Positions 27,266 to 36,864 of a DNA stretch of 64,000 bases are shown piece by piece. The stretch comes from Bacteroidales bacterium (GTDB lineage Bacteria; Bacteroidota; Bacteroidia; Bacteroidales; VadinHA17). Under the pieces are notes generated by a model, which worked only from the letters and a program-made list of their open reading frames with translations, had not been told where the DNA came from and did no database searches. Where the stretch lies: NCBI GenBank assembly GCA_035390825.1, contig DAOOUQ010000024.1, positions 436-64,435 on the forward strand, written 5' to 3'. Numbering within the stretch: the stretch's first letter is position 1; the number at the start of each line of letters is the position of its first letter. Both the position numbers and the translations under genes were made by a program.

Positions 27266-30157
27266 TTACAGCTTTCTTTTTCCAATACTCATACCAAACA
27301 GATCGACGCTAAACAGCATCTCCAGCTTTGGCATATAACCTATTTTTTGCCAGGTGGCCTGAACACCCGCCGAAACCATGAAGGGTATTCTGAAAACATA
27401 GAAATCAGTCAGCAGCCCGATACCATAGGATTTGAACTTACCTGTGAGATCAAAGAAATCTGATCTTCTTCCCGTTGCGGTTTCTGAGATGAGATAATAT
27501 GTATTTGCCCTTGTATAGTCAAAAAAGAAATCTGAACGGATACGAGTAATATATATCAGCCCGGGCAGATTGAGGTCGGGATAAAGCAGAGGCATGAAAT
27601 AGTCTGCTGAAGCCAACCGTAAATCGGGCGAAATAACATTCCTGTAGCTCCTTGAAAACGAGACGCGGCTGTTCAAAACGAACATTTCCGTATTCTGCTT
27701 TTCAGCTTCAAGCCTTATTCTCAGGATGTTATTTTTAAGAACGCCCGGGAAATAGAGCGCTGCTTTTGCTGATATAATATCACCAAAAATTTCCCTGTCG
27801 AAAGGATAATATGAATAGCTGATATCAGCCACCTGGGCCCAAGCCGGATAGATATCCCTTGTTGCAGTCCTCCTGTAATTCGAGAAATAAAATCTTCCGC
27901 TCAGCTGATTTTGCCCGTTATCATATGCCTGCCTGGCTCTTATATATATGTTATCGTTACTGTAGGAAGAGGAAGCAGACAGATAGAGGTATTTTGTATA
28001 CTGTCCGCCCCTGAATGTAAGCGGCAGCGAAACAGTATTTGTCATCTTGAAGCCATTCATCATGTTTGGGGGATTATAAATATCTGCCCCGAATTTTTCT
28101 ATGTACGGGTAGTCACCATAGTCAAGGCGGGATTCAAAAACCAGGTACCATCCCATCCATTTCACCCGAGAATGGAACTTGTGCCTGTTATCGGAGTATT
28201 CATAGCCAAGGGTTGAAACAAGTGTACTAAGGTCGTTCTGTGCCATCAAGGTAAATCCCGGCCTTATTGATGACGGATCATCCCGGATCTGTTCTATGTC
28301 AGCATAAAAAGGCATCCAGCTGTGGAACCTGAATAAATGCTGCCATTTTCTGTATGGTTCCGGTATGTAGCTTTCAGCGAGGTTGAACGCAGGAACACCC
28401 GGTTCAGCGTTAACAATGTCGATAAGAAATGATGAATTTTTCTGAACAGGGGCCTGATTATATAAGGTGGCCGGAAGTTTTATGCTGCAGACATTATTAC
28501 CCGAGGAGGTATAATCACAGAACAGCATACGGCTGCCATTCAGGTTAAGATCGCTGGCTCCGAACCTTGATTTTGTTACAGATGCCACCATGCCCCCGGG
28601 GTTGCGAAGATAGATGTTGTCGGTTCCTGAACGGGAACTTACATAAAACAGCGAATCATTGCTCAGGAAAGAAGACTGAAGGTCATCGAAGCCAGGATCG
28701 ATATAGTTTTGCCATCTCTTTTCTGCCGGTATATAAGCCATTATTCCCTCGCCTTTGTCTGTTAAATAAATAACAGATACTTTTTTACCTGTTCTGTCCC
28801 ACTGCGGCCTTTGCAGACCGGCATTCCCGGGTGAAGGCGCTCTCATGAGCAGGTCTCCGTTCCACGCATCAAGAATGACCAGGCTGTTGGAATTATCTGT
28901 GGTGTTTTCAGTAGCTGCAATAAAGTTACCGTCGGGAGAGATAGATGCAGCCATATATCTTGTTTTAAAAGAAAGCTGCCTGGTTCTCCTGTTTTTTATG
29001 TCCATAACCTTAATGACAGCCCACTGCCTGTTCTCCCAACGCGGATCAGAGTGTGTCTCAATCCAGCAAAGCTTTCCTTTTCCGTATGATATGAACCATG
29101 GATAGCAGTCGCCGGGAATGAAGATTCTCTTTTCCTTTTTTTCAGATGGTCTTATTAAAACTATCGAAGGAGGTTCAGATAATGATGTTTTTACTGCTGC
29201 AATGCTGTCATAGCCGATAAGGACAGGGGAATGATAATTGATATAATCCTTTCCTTTAGGAGGATTGACGACTTCGTACGATTCAGGATCAGCGAGAGAA
29301 TCGTCTTTTGCCCAGTATGTCTTCAGGGAAGCAAATGTCTCGGTGAACAATCTCTTTTTTGATAATGATGCATCCCTTCTTAGGCTTAGATTGACCGGAT
29401 TCACAAGAAAAGGGGCATTTGCAGTGGTCTTCAGCGCATCCTGCCACAGGTTGCGGTTATATTTCAAATACGAATAGGCCATCATCTGGTAGCCGTATTG
29501 GTAGTGATCAGGAACAAAGTCCCTGAAGGATCCGTTCACAGATTTATCATAGCTATAAACATTTCCTCTTTCGACCAACAGCGATTTGAGCTGTTTCTGG
29601 AATGAGGCGCTTCGTCCTCTCCCCGATCCGGTGAATGCTGTTTCGGAGAACACGGCATCACCCTCGAGATACCATAAAGGCAGAAGGGATGAGACCAGTC
29701 CGGGTAACTGCTGCCCGGCGGCAATGGAGGCAACCCTGGTAAATCCTCTGTTGAGCGATTCCATCTGAAGGACATGTGTAAGTTCATGGATTGCAAGCTG
29801 TGTGTTCGGATCCAGGGGAATGGAATTTTGTTCAGGTGCCGGATATACTTCCATCCTGCTTGGGGCCCAGGCAACATATCCGTTCGATTCAGTTGAATAA
29901 TTATGGATGATTACCGGGATCCTGAGTTTCTTTACATGATATAAACCGGAAAGTTTTAACCAGGCCTCATCAAGTGATTTTGCAAAATCCACTCCCGCCT
30001 GTCCATAGGTTGAGGGGTAAATGACCCTGAACCTGTCGGTTCTGATCTGCATCCATTTAAGATTTCCGGGATCCTGCCCCGTATTGTAATATTGTGCCTT
30101 GAGCCCGGAGCCTGCAATAAGCAGCAAAAGGCAGAAAAATAACTGACTGAATTTCAT
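27266..30157 (-). CDS. Large secreted protein: peptidase-MA-like HExxH domain + TolB-like beta-propeller repeats + beta-rich C-terminal domain
   Basis: Signal peptide; HELTHVLQ followed by PLWYLEGDAVFSE (gluzincin / Peptidase_MA_2 pattern). The central region has propeller-like repeats, and the C-terminal ~350 aa are rich in aromatic and alternating residues. Confidence 0.65.
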   Translation of the reverse strand: MKFSQLFFCLLLLIAGSGLKAQYYNTGQDPGNLKWMQIRTDRFRVIYPSTYGQAGVDFAKSLDEAWLKLSGLYHVKKLRIPVIIHNYSTESNGYVAWAPSRMEVYPAPEQNSIPLDPNTQLAIHELTHVLQMESLNRGFTRVASIAAGQQLPGLVSSLLPLWYLEGDAVFSETAFTGSGRGRSASFQKQLKSLLVERGNVYSYDKSVNGSFRDFVPDHYQYGYQMMAYSYLKYNRNLWQDALKTTANAPFLVNPVNLSLRRDASLSKKRLFTETFASLKTYWAKDDSLADPESYEVVNPPKGKDYINYHSPVLIGYDSIAAVKTSLSEPPSIVLIRPSEKKEKRIFIPGDCYPWFISYGKGKLCWIETHSDPRWENRQWAVIKVMDIKNRRTRQLSFKTRYMAASISPDGNFIAATENTTDNSNSLVILDAWNGDLLMRAPSPGNAGLQRPQWDRTGKKVSVIYLTDKGEGIMAYIPAEKRWQNYIDPGFDDLQSSFLSNDSLFYVSSRSGTDNIYLRNPGGMVASVTKSRFGASDLNLNGSRMLFCDYTSSGNNVCSIKLPATLYNQAPVQKNSSFLIDIVNAEPGVPAFNLAESYIPEPYRKWQHLFRFHSWMPFYADIEQIRDDPSSIRPGFTLMAQNDLSTLVSTLGYEYSDNRHKFHSRVKWMGWYLVFESRLDYGDYPYIEKFGADIYNPPNMMNGFKMTNTVSLPLTFRGGQYTKYLYLSASSSYSNDNIYIRARQAYDNGQNQLSGRFYFSNYRRTATRDIYPAWAQVADISYSYYPFDREIFGDIISAKAALYFPGVLKNNILRIRLEAEKQNTEMFVLNSRVSFSRSYRNVISPDLRLASADYFMPLLYPDLNLPGLIYITRIRSDFFFDYTRANTYYLISETATGRRSDFFDLTGKFKSYGIGLLTDFYVFRIPFMVSAGVQATWQKIGYMPKLEMLFSVDLFGMSIGKRKL

Positions 30158-30267
30158 CAGGGATCCTTTTTGTCAAAAATAGCAAAATAAGCGAGAGAGC
30201 CATAACTTAGTCATAGTATGAAAATTTTAGTAATTTCACCGGTCGAAGACCGGAACAGTTTACTTTA

Positions 30268-33200
30268 GTGAAAAATCTCTCTCTGATGAAAAGATACAGA
30301 CTCATAAATAACATGACAGGCTGGGTGACATTTGCTGTTGCGGCAGTTACTTATCTGTTGACAATTGAGCCGACTGCAAGCCTTTGGGATTGCGGCGAAT
30401 TTATTGCATCGGCATTTAAAATGGAGGTCGGACATCCTCCCGGAAACCCTGTATTCATGGTCATGGCCAGGTTTTTCACCCTCTTTGCAGGCGGAAACAC
30501 TTCGCATGTTGCATTAATGGTGAACGCAATGTCGGCCCTTGCCAGCGCCTTTACGATACTGTTTCTTTTCTGGACCATTACACATCTTGCCCGGAAGTTA
30601 TTCATCATGAATGAAGATGATTTAACCCCGGCGCGCATATTTGCAATTATGTCGGCAGGCGTTACAGGAGCCCTTGCTTATGCTTTCTCCGATTCTTTCT
30701 GGTTTTCTGCAGTTGAGGGTGAAGTATATGCATCTTCTTCCCTTTTCACTGCCGCTGTTTTCTGGGCAATTCTTAAGTGGGAAGATGTTGCAGATGAAGA
30801 ACACTCAAACCGCTGGCTTATTCTTATCGCTTTCCTTATGGGTCTTTCGATAGGGGTTCATCTTCTTAACCTGTTGGCACTTCCTGCTATAGTGCTCGTA
30901 TATTATTTCAGGAAATTCGACTTTTCATGGAAGGGCTTCCTTATCTCAATAGTTATTTCCCTTGTGCTTCTTGCATTGCTCCTTTTCGGAATAATGCCCG
31001 GACTTGTTACCATATCTTCACGCCTTGACCTTTTCTTTGTGAATAAACTCGGCCTTCCGGCAAACAGTGGCATGATCTTCCATTTCATTCTCCTGATAGT
31101 GTTCTTTACAATTGCTGTCAGAACGACATTGAATTCAGAAAATCAGGTCAGGAATAGTGCATATTCTTTAACTGCACTTCTTTTGTCGGGTGTTTGGATA
31201 ATATCCGGTTCATTTTTCCTGAATCTGATAGTTTTGGCTGCAATTGCGGGTTATGTCTGGTTCCAGGCGGGGAAAAACCGGGTTGTACTGAATATCCTTC
31301 TTACTTCGGTAATGATGATCCTTATAGGCTATTCCTCAAATGCCATCATAGTGATAAGGTCGGCTGCCAACCCGCCTCTCAATGAAAATCAGCCTGAACA
31401 GCCGTTCAGCCTGCTTTATTTTCTTAACAGGGAACAATATGGCCAGAGGCCTCTCTTCAGAGGGCAGTATTATAATGCTCCGGTGCTTGATTACAAGGAT
31501 GGCAAGCCAAAATATGTCCTGGAGAACGGTAAATACATTGTTAGCGCACATGATCTTGAACGGGTTTATGATCCCAGATTTATTACGCTGTTCCCGCGTA
31601 TGTGGAGCGACCAGGCTGATCACGAACAGGTTTACAAGGAATGGGGTAAGGTAAAGGGAGTCCCTGTTACTGTTACCAGTTCGTCGGGGGAAAAGGAAAT
31701 AATAAGGAAGCCGAAGTTTTCTGAAAACCTGCGGTTCATGTTCTCCTATCAGTTTGGGTACATGTATTTAAGATATTTCATGTGGAATTTTGCAGGGAAG
31801 CAGAATGATACACAGGGAACCGGAGGAGCCGTTAACGGCAACTGGATATCAGGCATCAGGTTTCTTGATGAACCAAGGGTTGGTTCTCCTGACCTTCCTG
31901 CCGGGATGCGGGATGACACATCGAGGAACGTGTATTACCTGTTGCCTCTTCTGCTTGGCCTAATCGGACTGTTCTATCAGCTTAACCGCGATTACAAGAA
32001 CTGGTGGGTGATATTCCTTCTTTTCATCATGACAGGGATAGCAATTGTTTTCTATCTTAACCAGTATCCGAATCAGCCGCGCGAAAGGGACTATGCCTAT
32101 ACAGGGTCATTTTATTTCTTCGCAGTATGGATCGGTATGGGAGTACTTGCACTGTTTGAGGCAATTGCAAAGCCTGCCGGAGAAAAGATCGCTGCTCCTG
32201 TTGCAGGCCTGTTGTGCTTTTTTGCTGTTCCTGTTCTGATGGGCTCCCAGAACTGGGATGACCACGACAGGTCGGGACGATATCTTGCCCGCGATGTGGC
32301 ATTCAATTACCTTAATTCATGCGCGAAAGATGCCATACTGTTCACCAACGGGGATAATGACACTTTCCCTCTCTGGTATGCCCAGGAAGTTGAAGGTAAA
32401 AGGACGGATGTCAGGGTATGCAATCTTATGCTTCTTAATACCGACTGGTACATTAACCAGATGAAGAGAAAGACATATGAATCTGATGCACTTCCTGTCA
32501 CTCTTGAACCAAAGAAATACTACGACGGCGTAAATAACCAGGTATTCATAGTGGAAAAGACAAAGGACCCTGTCAACATTTCAACGGTTATAGACTGGGT
32601 GAAAAGTGAAAACAAAGCTACCAAGGTGCAGATATCTGCAACCGAGGTGCTTGATGTCATTCCTTCACGTACAATCAGGATCCCTGTCGATTCTGCAAAG
32701 GTTATTGCCAGCGGAACTGTAAAACCGGAAGACGCCGATAAAATTGTGCCGTATATAGACATTAAACTGAAGGGAGGCTCTATCCTTAAGAGCCAGCTTA
32801 TCATACTCGATATTCTTGCTCATAACGACTGGAGCAGGCCTGTTTATTTTGTAACAGGCTACCACGATGATGCAATGGGCCTTGAGGAGTATTTCCAGCT
32901 TGAAGGGCTTGCTTATCGGCTTGTTCCCATTAAATCGGAGAATAAGAGTTGGGTTGACTATGGACGTATAGATACTGATATTCTGTATGATAACGTAATG
33001 AACAAGTTTGTCTGGGGCGGTGCAAATGATCCTTCCGTAAATCTCGATTATCATCATATCAGGACCTTAATTGTTGTGAGATCGCGTCTTATTTATGCAA
33101 AACTTGCGAAAGCGCTGATTGCCGAAGGAAAAAATGAAAAAGCAGTTGAGGTTCTTGACCGTTGTCTTGAAGTCTTACCTGTCAGCAAATTCCTGCCTGA

Positions 33201-33516
33201 TCCTTATTACAATGATCTTATTGAAGCCTATTTCCTTGCAGGGGCAACAGACAAGGCTGCCGAAATGACACGCGGGCTCTGTGATTACTATTACGGCAGG
33301 CTCGATTATTACCTGAAGCAGAATCCTTATGTTTTAAGTTCGGCTGAATATGAGATCCAGTCGGCCATTCAGTATACCGCAAAAGCAGCCGGTTACTGTG
33401 AAGCCGGTGGCAAAAAGGAAATGGCTGATGAGATAAACAATAAGCTGGAGGGTTATTACCAGGCATATGTGAGCCGGCAAAGATCCATAAAGGGGGCGGA
33501 TGTTCAGGAACGCTGA
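30268..33516 (+). CDS. DUF2723 family (TMEM260 / PMT-like, GT-C fold) membrane protein with a C-terminal soluble domain
   Basis: N-terminal motif TIEPTASLWDCGEFIASAFKMEVGHPPGNP plus ~10 TM helices; 1082 aa. GTG at 30268, alternative ATG at 30286. Confidence 0.88.
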   Translation: MKNLSLMKRYRLINNMTGWVTFAVAAVTYLLTIEPTASLWDCGEFIASAFKMEVGHPPGNPVFMVMARFFTLFAGGNTSHVALMVNAMSALASAFTILFLFWTITHLARKLFIMNEDDLTPARIFAIMSAGVTGALAYAFSDSFWFSAVEGEVYASSSLFTAAVFWAILKWEDVADEEHSNRWLILIAFLMGLSIGVHLLNLLALPAIVLVYYFRKFDFSWKGFLISIVISLVLLALLLFGIMPGLVTISSRLDLFFVNKLGLPANSGMIFHFILLIVFFTIAVRTTLNSENQVRNSAYSLTALLLSGVWIISGSFFLNLIVLAAIAGYVWFQAGKNRVVLNILLTSVMMILIGYSSNAIIVIRSAANPPLNENQPEQPFSLLYFLNREQYGQRPLFRGQYYNAPVLDYKDGKPKYVLENGKYIVSAHDLERVYDPRFITLFPRMWSDQADHEQVYKEWGKVKGVPVTVTSSSGEKEIIRKPKFSENLRFMFSYQFGYMYLRYFMWNFAGKQNDTQGTGGAVNGNWISGIRFLDEPRVGSPDLPAGMRDDTSRNVYYLLPLLLGLIGLFYQLNRDYKNWWVIFLLFIMTGIAIVFYLNQYPNQPRERDYAYTGSFYFFAVWIGMGVLALFEAIAKPAGEKIAAPVAGLLCFFAVPVLMGSQNWDDHDRSGRYLARDVAFNYLNSCAKDAILFTNGDNDTFPLWYAQEVEGKRTDVRVCNLMLLNTDWYINQMKRKTYESDALPVTLEPKKYYDGVNNQVFIVEKTKDPVNISTVIDWVKSENKATKVQISATEVLDVIPSRTIRIPVDSAKVIASGTVKPEDADKIVPYIDIKLKGGSILKSQLIILDILAHNDWSRPVYFVTGYHDDAMGLEEYFQLEGLAYRLVPIKSENKSWVDYGRIDTDILYDNVMNKFVWGGANDPSVNLDYHHIRTLIVVRSRLIYAKLAKALIAEGKNEKAVEVLDRCLEVLPVSKFLPDPYYNDLIEAYFLAGATDKAAEMTRGLCDYYYGRLDYYLKQNPYVLSSAEYEIQSAIQYTAKAAGYCEAGGKKEMADEINNKLEGYYQAYVSRQRSIKGADVQER

Positions 33517-33932
33517 TTGACAGCGCTGTAAGTTTCCTGCTTTAGATACTTTTCAAGAAGGGCATATACTTTTTCCGGATAAACCGGTTTAAGTATATAC
33601 TCATTGCATCCTGCGATATAAGCATCAGCTTTTGACTGTTCTGATGAATAGGCGGTTATCATCAGGACAGGAACGCCTTTTCTCTCTTTTCTGAAGATCC
33701 TTGTGCAGTCGATGCCGTTGATCAGGGGAATAAGGAAATCCATTATGACGAGGTCAATCTTTGTCTCTTTATTCCTGATATGTTCAACGAAATCTTTACC
33801 TGTGCGGAATTTAACTACACCGGCCCCTGTGCTCAGCAGGAGTGTTTCGTAATATCTTAACGACGGAACATCATCCTCCACTATGGCAATTGTCTTGTCT
33901 GTTAGTGCTAAACTGCTGAAATTCAGGGACAT
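33504..33932 (-). CDS. Stand-alone response-regulator receiver domain protein (CheY-like)
   Basis: IVEDD...DLVIMDFLIP...MITAYS...ILKP receiver motifs with no output domain. Its 3' end overlaps the DUF2723 3' end by 13 nt (convergent). Confidence 0.88.
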   Translation of the reverse strand: MSLNFSSLALTDKTIAIVEDDVPSLRYYETLLLSTGAGVVKFRTGKDFVEHIRNKETKIDLVIMDFLIPLINGIDCTRIFRKERKGVPVLMITAYSSEQSKADAYIAGCNEYILKPVYPEKVYALLEKYLKQETYSAVNQRS

Positions 33933-34147
33933 TATGAAACTGATTTTGACCTGTATAAAATTACGACAAGAAATAGATGTGCGCCTCTTTCCCTACCGCA
34001 TTTATTAACAACTTATGAACAAATTTAGTGCCGATAAGTGACTTATACAAGCAAATTAACAGGTAAATAGAAAACATTTTGACGAAATACAACCTGCCGG
34101 CCGGGGACTAATTGCTCACGTCTCTTGCCGCAAACCGCCCGCCTCAG

Positions 34148-34375
34148 CTACCTGCATTCCCAGGTTATTCTTGTATTGCCTACGATAACATCCTGTTTCG
34201 CTTCAATAGCAATAAGGGCGGCATCGCAATATTCAGTCTCTTCCCCTTCGTCTATCACACCGCCCCCGATCTCATAGGTGACCTGCCTGCAAACCTTGCA
34301 TGAACCCAGTTCGCATCCGCTGAAGCAGCATGTCATCGCTATGAAGGCGAAGCCAATTATTATTTTGCGTCTCAT
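34148..34375 (-). CDS. Small Cys-rich putative lipoprotein
   Basis: 75 aa with a lipoprotein-type signal (…CCFSGC). The mature ~55 aa carries 5 Cys. Confidence 0.45.
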   Translation of the reverse strand: MRRKIIIGFAFIAMTCCFSGCELGSCKVCRQVTYEIGGGVIDEGEETEYCDAALIAIEAKQDVIVGNTRITWECR

Positions 34376-34540
34376 TGCTTTTTTGTTTACAAAATTAAAA
34401 TCTTAATCAAACCGGAAATTGATGGTTGTGGTAAAAACGCAAATGTTCCGAAATTATTCGTTATTTTAATGCAACAATTTTATTAAAAGCAGGTCATTAG
34501 GATGGAATGAAAATAAAACAACGCTTTAAAAATAAACGTC

Positions 34541-34933
34541 ATGGAAGATACGAGAATGAAAAAACATGTTACTGTGGTGGGAGCAATTCATATCGGCTTT
34601 GGAATCCTGGGGCTGATAGGTGCCCTTGCCGTTTTTTTCGGACTGAATTTTGCACGGCAGATGGCTGGTGGTGATGAGGTAGGTGCAATGGTATTAAAGT
34701 TCCTTTCATTTAGTCTGCCGCTTCTTATAGGATTTATGTCGACTCTCGGTCTTGTCGGGGGTATAGGGCTTCTGTCATTTCAACCGTGGGCAAGATACCT
34801 TGTAATTGTTGTGGCTGCACTGGGATGCCTGAATATCCCGATAGGAACGCTTAAGGGGGTTTATTCACTGTGGGTCCTTTTACAGGATGATACTATCAGG
34901 CTGTTCAATCCCTCTGCAAAGACCGGGATCTGA
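34541..34933 (+). CDS. Hypothetical four-TM membrane protein
   Basis: 130-aa ORF with four hydrophobic segments; no recognisable motif. Confidence 0.5.
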   Translation: MEDTRMKKHVTVVGAIHIGFGILGLIGALAVFFGLNFARQMAGGDEVGAMVLKFLSFSLPLLIGFMSTLGLVGGIGLLSFQPWARYLVIVVAALGCLNIPIGTLKGVYSLWVLLQDDTIRLFNPSAKTGI

Positions 34934-34958
34934 TGCCCGTGCATAATCATGGCCGGAT

Positions 34959-34980
34959 ACCACGGCTTTTAAGCCGTGGT
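34959..34980 (+). terminator. Hairpin downstream of the 34541-34933 gene
   Basis: accacggct-ttta-agccgtggt, a 9-bp perfect stem 26 nt after the stop. No U-tract. Confidence 0.45.
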
Positions 34981-35046
34981 TAACGAAATCCAACGTTTAA
35001 GGACATTAGTCCTTATTTTTTTCTAAATTGTCGCAAAATCCATTCT

Positions 35047-36729
35047 ATGAGCGACGACAATAAAATCATCTTTTCAATGTACCGGGTGGGCAAGACCTTT
35101 CCTCCCCATCGTCAGGTACTTAAGGATATCTCACTTTCATTTTTCCTGGGTGCAAAAATCGGTATAATAGGGCTTAACGGATCAGGGAAATCGACCCTTC
35201 TGAAAATCATTGCAGGCATTGAGAAGGAATACCAGGGCGATGTTACTTTCCTGCCCGGATATTCAGTCGGACATCTTGCACAAGACCCGCTGCTCGACGA
35301 CAGCCGGACTGTAAGGGAAATTGTTGAGGAGGGTGTAAGGGAGACGATGGACCTTGTCAGGGAATACGAATCAATTAATCTGATGTTCGGGGAACCGGAG
35401 GTTTACGAGAATCCCGACCGGATGCAGCAGCTGATGGACAGGCAGGCCGTTCTCCAGGAGAAAATCGATTATCATGATGCCTGGAATATTGAACACAAGG
35501 TTGAAAGGGCTATGGATGCACTGAGATGCCCTGAAAGCGATGCAAAGGTCAGCATTCTTTCCGGCGGAGAACGGAGAAGGGTTGCACTTTGCAGATTGCT
35601 GTTGAAACAACCTGATATTCTTCTTCTTGATGAGCCGACCAACCATCTCGATGCAGAATCGGTCCAGTGGCTCGAAACAACCCTGAAACAATATAAAGGG
35701 ACTGTTATATGTATAACACACGACAGGTATTTCCTCGACAATGTCGCAGGATGGATCCTGGAACTCGACAGAGGGGAGGGTATACCATGGAAGGGCAACT
35801 ATTCGTCATGGCTAGAGCAGAAGGCTAAAAGACTTGAAATCGAGGAAAAGGGCAATATCCGCAGAAGGAAGATGCTTGAACGGGAACTTGAATGGGTCAG
35901 GATGTCACCAAAGGCAAGGCATGCAAAATCAAAGGCACGGCTTGGTGCCTATGAAAACCTTTTAAACCAGGATGTAAAAGCCAAGGAAGAAAGGCTTGAA
36001 ATATTCATCCCCAATGGCCCGAGGCTTGGAGATAAGGTAATAAGGGCAACAAAGGTTGCAAAATCGTTTGGTGACAAGCTCCTTTTTGAAGATCTCGAAT
36101 TCAATCTTCCTCCAAACGGGATAGTCGGGGTGATCGGACCAAACGGTGCCGGAAAGACAACTCTTTTCAGGATGATAATGGGTCAGGAAAAACCGACCAA
36201 AGGCACTTTTGAAATAGGTGAAACAGTGGTCCTCGGGTATGTCGACCAGTCACATGAAGCAATAGATCCTGCCAAGACCGTATATGAGGTTATCTCGGGT
36301 GGCCAGAATGATGTAATGGTAGGAAACAGACTTGTAAACGCCCGCGCCTATGTCTCAAGGTTCAACTTTACCGGGGCCGACCAGGAAAAAAAATGCGCAG
36401 TATTGTCAGGAGGGGAGAGGAACAGGCTTCATCTTGCGCTTACTCTTAAATCGGGGGCCAACGTGCTTCTTCTTGATGAGCCCACCAATGACATTGATGT
36501 TAATACCCTGCGTGCTCTTGAGGAGGGCCTTGAGAATTTTGCAGGATGCGCCGTAATAATATCTCACGACAGATGGTTCCTCGACAGGGTGACAACACAC
36601 ATCCTGGCTTTTGAGGGCGATTCGAAGGTGGTATGGTTCGAAGGAAACTATTCAGATTACGAGGAAAATTATAAAAAACGGGTTGAGGATTCCACACCTG
36701 TAAGGATCAGGTACAAAAAGATTGTGTGA
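35047..36729 (+). CDS. ettA: Energy-dependent translational throttle protein EttA (ABC-F)
   Basis: Two ABC cassettes (GLNGSGKST / GPNGAGKTT; LSGGERRRVAL / LSGGERNRLHL), 560 aa, typical EttA N-terminus IIFSMYRVGKTFPP. Confidence 0.96.
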   Translation: MSDDNKIIFSMYRVGKTFPPHRQVLKDISLSFFLGAKIGIIGLNGSGKSTLLKIIAGIEKEYQGDVTFLPGYSVGHLAQDPLLDDSRTVREIVEEGVRETMDLVREYESINLMFGEPEVYENPDRMQQLMDRQAVLQEKIDYHDAWNIEHKVERAMDALRCPESDAKVSILSGGERRRVALCRLLLKQPDILLLDEPTNHLDAESVQWLETTLKQYKGTVICITHDRYFLDNVAGWILELDRGEGIPWKGNYSSWLEQKAKRLEIEEKGNIRRRKMLERELEWVRMSPKARHAKSKARLGAYENLLNQDVKAKEERLEIFIPNGPRLGDKVIRATKVAKSFGDKLLFEDLEFNLPPNGIVGVIGPNGAGKTTLFRMIMGQEKPTKGTFEIGETVVLGYVDQSHEAIDPAKTVYEVISGGQNDVMVGNRLVNARAYVSRFNFTGADQEKKCAVLSGGERNRLHLALTLKSGANVLLLDEPTNDIDVNTLRALEEGLENFAGCAVIISHDRWFLDRVTTHILAFEGDSKVVWFEGNYSDYEENYKKRVEDSTPVRIRYKKIV

Positions 36730-36750
36730 CCGGAGACCTTTGATGCTGAC

Positions 36751-36852
36751 GGGTGCAGGGTGCGGGTCAACAGCCATTCTGCGCATTTCGGCAGGATTTG
36801 AGGAAAATTTCTTCAACCGTCAACCTGCAACCTGCAACCTGCAACCTGCAAC
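36751..36852. repeat. Long imperfect hairpin whose arms are tandem heptamers (right arm ~5.5 x caacctg)
   Basis: The right arm is caaccgt + caacctg x4 + caac (36814-36852). The left arm gggtgcagggtgcgggt (36751-36767) pairs with it at 15 of 17 positions, counting one G:U. It lies between the convergent ettA and esterase genes. Confidence 0.7.
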
Positions 36853-36864
36853 AAAAACTATACT

